Shown: positions 21,449 to 30,813 of the stretch, in pieces | How positions within the stretch are numbered: the first letter of the stretch is position 1 | Layout of the letters: every line of letters starts with the position of its first letter | From: an uncultured Acidobacteriota bacterium | Lineage (GTDB): Bacteria; Acidobacteriota; Vicinamibacteria; Vicinamibacterales; 2-12-FULL-66-21 | NCBI GenBank assembly: GCA_963834305.1 | Contig: CAWIAX010000003.1 | Span: 838,816-902,815, forward strand | Reading direction: 5' to 3' | DNA: 64,000 bases | The notes under the pieces: generated by a model | Seen by the model: the letters and a program-made list of their open reading frames with translations, nothing else | Told to the model about the DNA's origin: nothing | Database searches by the model: none | Translations under genes and position numbers: made by a program

Positions 21449-22441
21449 ATGACCACGATCAGGACGATAGACGCCCACACGGCCGGCGAGCCGCTTCGCC
21501 TGATCCTCGAGGGATTCCCCGAGCCCGAGGGGGCGACCATGCTCGAGAGGCGCGACTGGCTGCGCGAGCACCACGACCACCTGCGGACCGCCGTCATGCT
21601 CGAACCGCGCGGCCATGCCGACATGTACGGCGCGCTGCTGACGGCGCCCGAGCGCCCGGACTCCGACGCCGGCGTCCTGTTCATGCACAACGAGGGCTAC
21701 AGCACGATGTGCGGGCACGGCGTGATCGCCGTGGCGATGCTGGCCTTCGAACGCGGCGTGCTGACGCCGCGGCGGCCGGACCATCTCGTCCTCGACACGC
21801 CGGCGGGCGTTGTCCATGCCCGTGCGCTGCGCGATCCGGCCGGGCGCGTCAGAAGCGTCCGCTTCCGCAACGTGCCCTCCTTCGTCCTGCACGCCGCCGT
21901 GCCGCTGCGCGTGAACGGCCGCGACGTCAGCGCCGACGTCGCCTTCGGCGGCGCCTTCTACGCCATCGTGGACTGCGAGTCGGCGGGCATTCCGCTGATC
22001 GGCCGCCGGCTCGACGATCTGCGCCGCGCCGGCATGGCGATCAAGGAGGCGGTCGAGGGGGCGGTGCGCGTCGCGCACCCGCTCGACAGCGGCCTGCACG
22101 GCGTCTACGGCACGATCTTCACCGGCCCGCCGTCTTCGGACACCGCCGATCTGCGGAACGTGACGGTGTTCGCCGACGCGGAAGTCGATCGCTCGCCGTG
22201 CGGAACCGGGACGTGCGCGGTGATGGCGGTGCTCGCCGCCATGGGCCTGCTCGGCCCCGAAGGCACGTTCACCCACGAGAGCCTCATCGGGAGCCGCTTT
22301 CGCGGCCGGCTGGCGGGCGACACGGTGGTCGGCGAACTGCCGGCGATCATCCCGGAAATTGAAGGGGAAGCCTACGTCACCGGCGAGCACATGTTCGTCC
22401 GCGACGACCGTGATCCGTTCCGCGACGGCTTCCGCCTCTGA
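21449..22441 (+). CDS. Proline racemase family enzyme (hydroxyproline epimerase/dehydratase-type)
   Basis: ATG 21449 gives MTTIRTIDAHTAGEPLRLIL. Both catalytic positions are Cys (STMCGHG and DRSPCGTGT). It is divergent from the OCD-family gene with a 43-nt spacer. Confidence 0.85.
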   Translation: MTTIRTIDAHTAGEPLRLILEGFPEPEGATMLERRDWLREHHDHLRTAVMLEPRGHADMYGALLTAPERPDSDAGVLFMHNEGYSTMCGHGVIAVAMLAFERGVLTPRRPDHLVLDTPAGVVHARALRDPAGRVRSVRFRNVPSFVLHAAVPLRVNGRDVSADVAFGGAFYAIVDCESAGIPLIGRRLDDLRRAGMAIKEAVEGAVRVAHPLDSGLHGVYGTIFTGPPSSDTADLRNVTVFADAEVDRSPCGTGTCAVMAVLAAMGLLGPEGTFTHESLIGSRFRGRLAGDTVVGELPAIIPEIEGEAYVTGEHMFVRDDRDPFRDGFRL

Positions 22442-22477
22442 CCGATCCGCCGGCGGCGCCGGCACCCGGCGCGGTTG

Positions 22478-24181
22478 TCAGTAGCCGATGGCGAGGCCGT
22501 CTTTCCTGGGATCGGATCCCCCCATCATCACGCCGTGCGCCTGGTCGAACAGGATGCCCTGGAACCCGCCGAACGCGTTGACCGTGGTGATGATCTTGTG
22601 CCCCCGCGGCTGAGGCCGAAGCGCGCCTCGGGCGAGATCGCCGTCTCGAGCGCCAGCCCGGCGGCCGAATGCCGGAACCGCGGCGCCTCGCCCGCCTCCT
22701 GGATGTTCATCCCGAAGTCGATCAGGTTCAGCAGGACCTGCACGTGCCCCTGCGGCTGCATGTCGCCGCCCATGACCCCGAACGACAGCCACGGCCGGCC
22801 GTCCTTCAGCACCATCGCCGGCACCAGCGTGTGGAACGGCCGCTTGCCTGGCGCGAGCACGCCGGGGTGCGCCGTGTCCATGCTGAACAGGTTGCCGCGG
22901 TTGTGCAGGACGATGCCGGTGTCGCCGGCGACAATGCCGGAGCCGAAGTTCTCGAAGATGGACTGGATGAGCGACACGACGTTGCCGTCGCGGTCGGCGA
23001 CCGTCATGTAGATGGTGTCGCCGCGCGCCTGCGGCGGCTCGCCGCCCCGCGGCGTCGTGCACGCCCGGCCGCGTCATCGGCCGGTAGTCCGCGGCCGCGG
23101 CCGCCTGGTCGATCTCCCGCCGCCGCTCCGCGGCGTAGTCCTTCGAGAGCATCCGGGCGAGCACGGCCTTGTCCATCGACGCCGGGTCGGCGATCCAGGC
23201 GTCGCGATCGGCGAACGCGAGCCGCTTGGCTTCGACGAGGAGGTGCAGGTAGGCCGCGGAGTTGTGGCCGAGCGACTTGACGTCGTAGCCCTCGAGCAGG
23301 TTCAGCATCTGGAGCGCCGTCACCCCCTGCGTGTTGGGCGGCAGCTCGAACACCTCGTGGCCGCGATAGGTCGTCGAAATCGGCTCGACCCAGTCCGACG
23401 TGTGCGCCGCGATGTCGGCGGCGGTGAGCAGGCCGTTGCGCCGCTTCATGTCGTCGCCAATCGCCTGGCCGATGGCGCCGCGATAGAAGGCGTCGCGCCC
23501 GCCCGCGGCGAGCTGCGCGAGCGTGGCGGCGAGCTGCGGGTTGCGGAAGACGTCGCCGGCGGCGGGCGGCTTCCCGCCGGGGAGGTAGACCGCCGCGGCC
23601 AGGGGATCCTGCGCGAGCACCGGGGCGGCGTCGCGCCACTGATAGGAGATGATCTCGCTGATGGCGAACCCCTCGCGCGCGTACGAGATGGCGGGTTCGA
23701 GCGCCTTGGCCAGCGGAATCGTCCCGTGCCTGGTGAGCAGCTGGTGCCAGCCGTCGACGACGCCGGGCACGCTGACCGAGAGCTCCCCGCGATAGGGAAT
23801 CGTCTCCATCTTGCGGCGGCGGAACTCGTCGAGGGTGGCGGCGGCCGGCGAGCGGCCGCTCGCGTTCAGCCCTTTCAGCGTCTTCGTCTTGGCGTCGTAG
23901 ACGATGGCGAACAGGTCGCCGCCGAGGCCGTTCATCGTCGGCTCGACGACCGCGAGGACGGCGGCCGCGGTGACGGCGGCGTCGATGGCGTTGCCGCCGT
24001 TCTGCAGCACGCGCAGGCCGGCGGCCGAGGCCAGCGGCTGGCTCGTCGCAATCACGCCGTTGCGCGCCAGCACCACCGAGCGCGTGGCGCGCGGGTTGGC
24101 CGCCGGCCGGTCGCCGGGCGCCTGGCCGAACGTGGATACCGTCATCGCGCAGGCCAGAACGCAGGGAATTCCGTAGCGCAT
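22478..24181 (-). pseudogene. ggt: Gamma-glutamyltransferase, readable only with two frame switches (possible sequencing artefact)
   Basis: The N-terminal large subunit is in the track ORF 22478-24181 frame (IATSQPLASAAGLRVLQNGGNAIDAAV...). The autoprocessing/catalytic region GDTIYMTVADRDGNVVSLIQSIF...GVMGGDMQPQGHVQ is in the frame of ORF 22528-23007. The frame returns for the end GHKIITTVNAFGGFQGI. The switches are near 23040-23050 and at the C5 run 22601-22605. Confidence 0.8.
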
Positions 24182-24233
24182 TGCTCCACCTCGGGACCAG
24201 GCACGGGCACGCTCCGTGCGCCGTGGACGGCCG

Positions 24234-24902
24234 CTACTTCAGTGACGCCAGCTTCGAGAGGTCCATCTTGTTCGCGGCCGCGTGCAGCACGGCCACGTCG
24301 TCGATGGAGTTGCCCTCGAGCGTGACCAGGAACCGCTTGCCGACGAGCGCGTTGACCTCGCCGTCCTTGCTGTCGCTGTTCCACTTCTCCCAGCCGGGCT
24401 GGCCGTTGACCTTCGCGGACTTCTCGTGGCCTTCGCTGGTCTCGCGCTCGTAGCCGGCGGAGAGGAACATCGCGGCCGGCGTCAGCAGCAGCTGGTTGAA
24501 GCCCGAGTCGATGATCTTGATGTCGATCGACGCGTCCCCTTTCGTGTAGCGCCCCTCCGCCTGGGAGAACGGCACCGGCGACGTCATGCGCTCGCCCGTC
24601 GGCTTCTGCTTCTCCCAGCCGTCGAGCTCGGGCAGGATCGCCATCAGGTCGCGGAAGCTCACCGGCTCGACCGGTTTCGCGTCGCCGTCGCCGCCGCCAC
24701 CCGCCATCTTTTCGAGCCCCCGGGCCATCGCCTCGAGGCCCTGGGCGGCCTGCTGCGCGGCCTGCTCCTGCGTCTGGGCGGCTTCCTTCTGCGCCTCGGC
24801 GGCCTGCTGGCGGGCTTCTTCGGCCTTGTCGTTGCCGCCGCATCCGGCGGCAAGGGCCGCCACCAGCATCAGGGCCAGCGCTGCGCGTGTCGGATTCTTC
24901 AT
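24234..24902 (-). CDS. Lipoprotein, hypothetical
   Basis: 222 aa. Lipobox LAAGC in MKNPTRAALALMLVAALAAGCGG. A Q/A/E-rich linker is followed by a globular domain. Confidence 0.7.
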   Translation of the reverse strand: MKNPTRAALALMLVAALAAGCGGNDKAEEARQQAAEAQKEAAQTQEQAAQQAAQGLEAMARGLEKMAGGGGDGDAKPVEPVSFRDLMAILPELDGWEKQKPTGERMTSPVPFSQAEGRYTKGDASIDIKIIDSGFNQLLLTPAAMFLSAGYERETSEGHEKSAKVNGQPGWEKWNSDSKDGEVNALVGKRFLVTLEGNSIDDVAVLHAAANKMDLSKLASLK

Positions 24903-25321
24903 CGCTCTCGGTCCTCCGGGAATGGGGTCGGTCTCTGGCGCGGGATTGTATCAAGAGCGGCAGCGGGCGGGGCCGGCGCGGCGCACGGCTCGACGAGCTC
25001 GAACCGCAATGGGCTGATGCGCCGTGCACAGAACCGCGACCGTCAATCGAGCTGGGGAGGCTTCGAGAGATGCGGGGATGAGACGCGCGGGAGGCCGCTC
25101 GATGGCGGCCACCGGGCAGCGGATCCCGGCAACAGCGTCGCCGGTGATCCGCGTCCGGTCAGGAATGTGAAGATTGTGTGGCGGACGCGGAAACGTCAGC
25201 GTCCGTCGCTAGACCACAAGGACGGCAACGACTGCGATGAACAGAAGCAGCGCGACCAGCCGGTCCGCATTGCTGGAGATGTCCCAAGTTAAACATTGTG
25301 AGTGCCTGCCTTTCACCATGT

Positions 25322-26294
25322 TTAGACGGACCGCCGGGGGCAAAAGTTTAGCGCGGCAGCGGGCGTGCCGGTGCCGGCCGTGGCCGGGGTGGTCGTCGCC
25401 GCGGGGGCCGCCACGTAGCTCTTCCGGCCCCGCGCGGTGAGGCCCGGGCGCTTCAGCTTGACCTCGAGCTTGTGGACCTTGCCGTCGAGCACCGCCGGCG
25501 AGAAGCCGAGCACGTACTGGCTGTGCAGCTCCTGCGCCACGCGGGTGAACGTCGGGCCGAGATCGTCCTTCCGTTTGAGCTCGAAGAACCCGCCGCCGGT
25601 CTCTTCGGCGATCTTCCTGAGGCCGCGGTCGGGGCGCGTGCGGACGCGCGACTGGCCGTTGAAGTATTCGCTCGACAGGCCGATCGCGTAGACCAGCGTG
25701 TCCGTCTCGCGGGCGCGCGCCAGCACGTCGCCGAGCCCGCGCCGGCTGGCGCTGTCGTCGCCATCGGTAAAGACGACGACCACGCGGCGGCTGTCGACCT
25801 GCTCCAGGCTCGCGATGCTCTCGTCGATCGCGTCCCACAGCCGCGTCGGGTAGCCGAAGTCGCAGGCCGGTCTGCAGAATGCGGATCAGCCGATCGCGAT
25901 CGTTGGTGAACGGCTCGTCGCGGGGCAGCACCTGAATCTTGTCGTTGAAGGCGCCGACCTTGGCGCGATCCTCCGGCAGCAGCCGCATCAGGAACTCCTC
26001 GGCGCCCTGCTTCACGAAATCGAGGTTGAGCGTCATGCTGCCGCTGGTGTCGAGCATCACCACCGCGGTGAACGGCGAGACCTGGTTGACGAAGGTGGTC
26101 AGCTGCTGCAGCTTGCCGTTGTCGTAGACCTCGAAGTCTTCCTGCTGCAGATCGGCCACCAGCCGCCGGTCGCTGTCGATGACCGTGGCGTAGATGGGCA
26201 CGGTCTGGGTGGACACCCGGAACTTCTGGGCGGCCGCCGAGGCCGACAACAGCACCGCGGCGGCAACGAGCGTCGAGAGAGCGCGTGTGTCCAT
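25322..26294 (-). pseudogene. VWA domain protein (acidobacterial VWFA-related type), one frame switch
   Basis: ATG 26294 gives MDTRALSTLVAAAVLLSASAAAQKFRVSTQTVPIYATVIDSD...VVMLDTSGSM (MIDAS DxSxS). After about 25860-25866 the sequence continues in another frame as DFGYPTRLWDAIDESIASLE...VVVVFTDGDDSAS (track ORF 25322-25783). Confidence 0.75.
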
Positions 26295-26328
26295 AGTGGA
26301 TGCCACTGCAGAAAGTGTTCCCCGGCGG

Positions 26329-26937
26329 TCAGCCGAGGATTCGTTCGAGTAACGGACCAATTGCCCGCGCCATGGCGCGGTAACCGGCGGGAGTCGGATG
26401 CAGCCCGTCCGCGCTCTCGGACAACATGTCCGGATTTCCGGGCGCAGCGACGGCGGCACGCGTGTCGGCGAACGCGAGGCCCGGAGCCGCAGCAGCCGGC
26501 TGCTGGATCCAGGCATTGATGACCCGCATCCTGGCGTTCTGCTCCAGGGTCGCGGTGTTGTACGGCACGATTGTACCAGCGATCACCGGGATGCCATGCG
26601 CCGCGGCGCGGCGATACATCCACCCCAGCTGGTCAATGACGTGGCCGGGCGAGAGCCCCTGGTAGACGTCGTTCACGCCGGCAATCAGCACCAGCGCCGC
26701 GGGCCGCTCCAGGATGACGTCGCGCTCGAAGCGGGCGCGGATCTGGTCGCTGCGCTCGCCGTCGACGCCCTGGTTCAGCACCTCCCAGTCCGGGTGCCGC
26801 TGCATCAGCCAGTAGGCATATTGGCTCGTCACGTCGCCCTGCCCGTCGGGGGGCGCCTCGAGCGGCGAGCGGAACGCGGGCGTGCCGGCGGTGGTCGAAT
26901 CGCCGAGCGCGACGATGCGGGTACGCGGCAGGAGCAT
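26329..26937 (-). CDS. SGNH/GDSL-family hydrolase
   Basis: 202 aa, intact. Block [11 protein letters not shown], block III GVND, block V DGLHPT. Confidence 0.8.
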   Translation of the reverse strand: MLLPRTRIVALGDSTTAGTPAFRSPLEAPPDGQGDVTSQYAYWLMQRHPDWEVLNQGVDGERSDQIRARFERDVILERPAALVLIAGVNDVYQGLSPGHVIDQLGWMYRRAAAHGIPVIAGTIVPYNTATLEQNARMRVINAWIQQPAAAAPGLAFADTRAAVAAPGNPDMLSESADGLHPTPAGYRAMARAIGPLLERILG

Positions 26938-26973
26938 GGGCTTTCGGACAACCGGCAGCGTGACGCCCCGGCG

Positions 26974-28236
26974 TCACTGCGCGAACTGCGCCGGCGACGG
27001 GCCGCGGGCCGATTGCAGCGTCCTGGCCACGCGCTCGGCCTCGCGCATCACCCGCAGGATGTTGCGGCCGGCCAGCTTCCGGATGTCCTCGTCCGAGTAT
27101 CCGCGGCGCAGGAGCTCGGCGATCAGCGCCGGATAGGTGGACACGTCCTCGAGCCCCTGCGGGACGCTCGAAATGCCGTCGAAGTCGCCGCCCAGCCCGA
27201 TGTGATCGATGCCCGCCACCTTCCGGACGTGATCGATGTGGTCCGCGGCGTCCGCGAGCGTGGCGCGCGGCGCCGGGTGCGCGGCGGTCCACGCCGCCAG
27301 CCCCGCCTGCGCGGCCGCCGCGTCGGCCGGGTGCAGCTTCGCCAGGCGCGCCCGCTCGGCATCCTGCGTCCTGGTCCAGGCCGCGACCGCCGGCGACAGG
27401 AAGCCCGGCACGAACGTCACCATGACCACGCCGCCGTTGCCGGGCAGCATCCGCAGGATGTCGTCCGGCACGTTGCGCGGCACGTCGTTCAGGGCGCGCG
27501 CCGAGGAGTGCGAGAAGATCACCGGCGCCTCGGAGACGCGGATGCGCGTCGGCCATCGTCTCCGGCGAGACGTGCGAGAGATCGACCAGCATGCCGAGCC
27601 AGTTCATCTCGCGCACCACCTCCTCGCCGAACGGCGACAGCCCGTCCACTGCCGCGGCGTCGGTCGCGGAGTCGGCCCAGGCGATGTTGCGCGAGTGGGT
27701 CAGCGTCATGTAGCGGGCGCCGAGGCGATGGAACATCCGCAGCGCGCCGAGCGAGTTGTCGATCGAATGGCCGCCCTCCATGCCGATGAGCGACGCGATC
27801 TTGCCCTTCTTGAAGATCCGCTCGACGTCGTCGGCGGTCAGCGCCAGCTCGAACGTGTCGGGATGCTGCCGCACCATGCGATGGACGAGGTCGATCTGCT
27901 CGAGGGTGGCGGTGACCGCGGCCTGGCCGGCGAGCTCGACCGGGACGTAGACCGACCAGAACTGGCCGCCGACCGCGCCGCGGCGCAGCCGCGCGATGTC
28001 GGTCATCAGCGACGGCTGCGGGCGGCTGATGTCCAGCTTGTCGAGATCCCCCGGGCCGCGTCGCGCACCTCCCACGGATAGTCGTTGTGCCCGTCGATGA
28101 GCGGGCTGGATTCAAGGATGGCTCGGGCACGGCGGATCAGGTCGTCCGCGCCGCGGCCGGGCGCCGGGGCCTGGGCCGCCGCCAGGGCGGTGCACGCCAG
28201 GACCGCCCCGGCCGTCATTAAGGAATAACCGGACAT
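26974..28236 (-). pseudogene. Membrane dipeptidase (peptidase M19), two frame switches
   Basis: The protein is spread over three track ORFs. 28006-28236 holds the signal peptide and [12 protein letters not shown]. 26633-28075 holds [13 protein letters not shown]...[10 protein letters not shown]...[32 protein letters not shown]. 26974-27522 holds [21 protein letters not shown]...[10 protein letters not shown]. The switches are at the C5 run 28048-28052 and near 27543. Confidence 0.8.
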
Positions 28237-28290
28237 TGTGGGAATATATCAAGGCTCAGCTACCGGCTCCCGCCCCCCTTGAATGCCGAC

Positions 28291-28333
28291 TTGACTGGTC
28301 GGCTTTCCTTTTTATAAAGTCTCAATCGAGACT
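28291..28333 (+). promoter_or_regulatory. Sigma70-like promoter (TTGACT-N16-TATAAA) plus abutting 6-4-6 inverted repeat AGTCTCAATCGAGACT upstream of the FTR1 gene
   Basis: -35 TTGACT at 28291-28296 and -10 TATAAA at 28313-28318. The inverted repeat at 28318-28333 overlaps the expected transcription start. The element lies in a conspicuously AT-rich patch 30-70 nt upstream of ATG 28364. Confidence 0.45.
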
Positions 28334-28363
28334 CATTCTCATTTTCCACAACAGGATCTGGCC

Positions 28364-29146
28364 ATGCTGCAGGCATTCGTCATCACTCTCCGCGAAGGGC
28401 TCGAGGCGTTCCTCATTGTTGCCATCAGCCTCGCCTATCTGAAGAAGACCGGGCGCGGCCTCGCTGATTCCGGCGGTTCATTGGGGCATCGCGGTCGATC
28501 GTCGCTCAGCATCGGCGCCGGCGTGCTGCTCGCCCGGGCCGCCAATCAGGCGCTGTGGGAAGGCATTCTGGCGCTGGTCGCCGCGGTGCTGGTCGCGTCG
28601 CTGACCGTGCACATGTGGCGCGCCGGCAAGCGCATGAAGCGCGACATCGAGACGCGCCTCGAGGCATCGTCCAGCCGGACTCGGCCGCGGCGCCTTCCTC
28701 GGCGTGCTCGGCTTCACGCTGCTGATGATCACGCGCGAGGGCATGGAAACCGCGCTGCTGATGAACACCCTGCTGTTCAGCGTGCAGGCGCCGCACATCA
28801 TCGGCGGCGCCGTCGGCGGCACGCTGGTCGCCGCGTTCATCGCGTGGCTGTGGTCGCGCTACGGCCACCGGGTCAACCTGTCGCGCTTCTTCCAGGTCAC
28901 CGCGGTGTTCCTGCTGGTCTTCGTCGTCCAGCTGTTCATCTACGGCTTCCACGAGCTGACCGAAGCCAACATCTTCCCGGCAGCTCGAGCCCTGGCACTG
29001 ACGCGACCGAGCCGTTCGGCCCCGACGGCATCTACGGCCAGTACCTGACCTACCTGCTCGTGCTGCTGCCGGTCGGCTGGCTGGCGCTGTCGACGCTGTT
29101 CGGCTCGCCGCGGGCCGGCAACGCCCAGCGCTCGCAGGCGGCCTAG
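28364..29146 (+). pseudogene. FTR1-family high-affinity iron permease, at least 4 frame switches
   Basis: The first REGLE motif (MLQAFVITLREGLEAFLIVAISLAYLKK) is in the ORF 28364 frame. The second (GAFLGVLGFTLLMITREGMETALLMNTLL) is in the frame of ORF 28704-29048. The C-terminus returns to the first frame (EPFGPDGIYGQYLTYLLVLLPVGWLAL). Switches are near 28456, 28492, 28680 and 28980. Confidence 0.75.
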
Positions 29147-29283
29147 CGCGCATCCGCGGCTCAGGCTCGAGGACCGCCACGTCGACGGAAGCACGTCACG
29201 CGCACGCTGACGTGTGCCGGACCTGAATTGCACGCTGAACCCTGACCGAACGCTGACCGCGCCTGCACTTGAACATCGGCGAG

Positions 29284-29714
29284 ATGGCCGAGCCGACGCA
29301 GGAAAAGCCCCCGACCGTCCTCGAACTGATCTGGGAGCACGATCTCGTGCTCGGCGGGAAAGTCCGGCGACGCCCGGCTCACGCTCGACAGCGCTTCGCG
29401 CGGCAGGGCCGTCGCCGATGCAGGCGCTGGCGTTCGCGCTGGCCGGCTGCATGGCGATGGACGTCGTGCACGTCCTCGCAAAGGCCGCCACGATCTGCGC
29501 GGCCTGAGGGCCGATCTCACGGGCGAGCGGCTGCCGAGCCGAACCCCGCCGCTTCACGCGAATCGCGCTTCACTACACCGTCACCGGCGACGTGCCGTCC
29601 GAGCCGTCGAGCGCGCGATCCAGCTCTCCCGCGACAAGTACTGCTCGGTCTGGCACTCGATGCGGCAGGACATCGAGCTCGACATCACGTTCACCGATCT
29701 CGGACGGCGTCTAG
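29284..29714 (+). pseudogene. OsmC-family peroxiredoxin-like protein, at least 5 frame switches; end uncertain
   Basis: The pieces lie in all three + frames: MAEPTQEKPPTVLELIWEHDLVLGGK / SGDARLTLDSAS / GPSPMQALAFALAGCMAMDVVHVLAK / GRHDLRGLRADLTGERL / EPRRFTRIALHYTVTGDVPSE / AVERAIQLSRDKYCSVWHSMRQDIELDITF. These contain the two conserved OsmC Cys regions. Confidence 0.65.
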
Positions 29715-29728
29715 GCCGGATCCCGCGC

Positions 29729-30813
29729 ATGACCGACGACCGAGGCCGGAGCCGCCCGCGTCGCGGTTATCTCGACTGGATGCGCGGCGTCGCCGTGCTG
29801 CTCATGATCGAGGCGCACCTGTTCGACAGCTGGACGGCGCCGGCCGAGCGCACCAGGGCGGCGTTCAAGCTCGCGATGATGGTGGCGGGCTGGGGACGAC
29901 GCTGTTCCTCCTGCTGGCCGGGGTGGCGGTTGCGCCTGTCCGCCGGTTCCAAGTGGCGGCGCTCCGGCAATGCGGCAGCCGCCTCCATGCGCGGTCGTCC
30001 GCCGCGGCCTCGAGGTCTTCGCGCTCGCGTTCCTGTTCCGGCTCCAGGCGTGGGTGCTCGGCTGGTCCTCCGACCCTTACGCGCTCCTCGAAGGTCGACA
30101 TCCTCAACATCATGGGGCCGTCGATCGTGGTCGCCGCGCTGCTCTGGCGCGTGGCGGACACGCTCCGGGGGCGCACGCTGCTCTTCGCCGCGGCCGCCGC
30201 GATCACGGCGTTCGTGACGCCGTGGATCCGCCACTGGCCGCTCGGCTTCCTGCCCGATCCGGTCGAGGCCTACTTCGTGCCGGTGCAGGGCTTCACCAGC
30301 TTCCTGTTCTTCCCGTGGATCGCGCTGGTCTTTGCCGGCGCGACCATCGGCGTGATCATCGACAGCCTGAACACGGCCGGGGCAGAAGAACGATTCAACG
30401 TGCGGATCGGTGTCGCGGGCGTGCTGCTGGCGGCCGCCGCCTATGCCTGGTCGTTCCTCCCCTCGGAACGCGATCACTTCTGGACCACGGCACCCAGCTA
30501 CTTCTTCCTGCGGGTCGGCCTGATGATGTCGCTGGTCGCCGCCGCCTACGCCTGGAACCGGGCGTTCGTGGCACCCGGCTCCTTCAGCCCGATCCTGCAG
30601 CTCGGCAAGACGTCGCTGTTCATCTACTGGATACACGTGGAGTTGGTCTACGGGTTGATCTCCCTCCCGCTTCACCGCCAGCTCACACTGGGCCAGGCAG
30701 CGGCGGCCTACGTGCTCTTCACAGGCCTGATGCTGGTCTGCTCGATCCTGAAGGACCGGTGGGTGGCCAGCCGGGCCCAAGCCGGGAGACCGATGACGAC
30801 GGCCGCAGGATGA
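29729..30813 (+). pseudogene. DUF1624 / heparan-alpha-glucosaminide N-acetyltransferase-like membrane protein, at least 3 frame switches
   Basis: ATG 29729 gives MTDDRGRSRPRRGYLDWMRGVAVLLMIEAHLFDSW (family N-terminal RxxxLDxxRG...H pattern). It continues in other frames (TTLFLLLAGVAVA, VVRRGLEVFALAFLFRLQAWVLGW). From about 30090 it reads cleanly to 30813 (VDILNIMGPSIVVAALLW...FIYWIHVELVYG). Confidence 0.65.
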
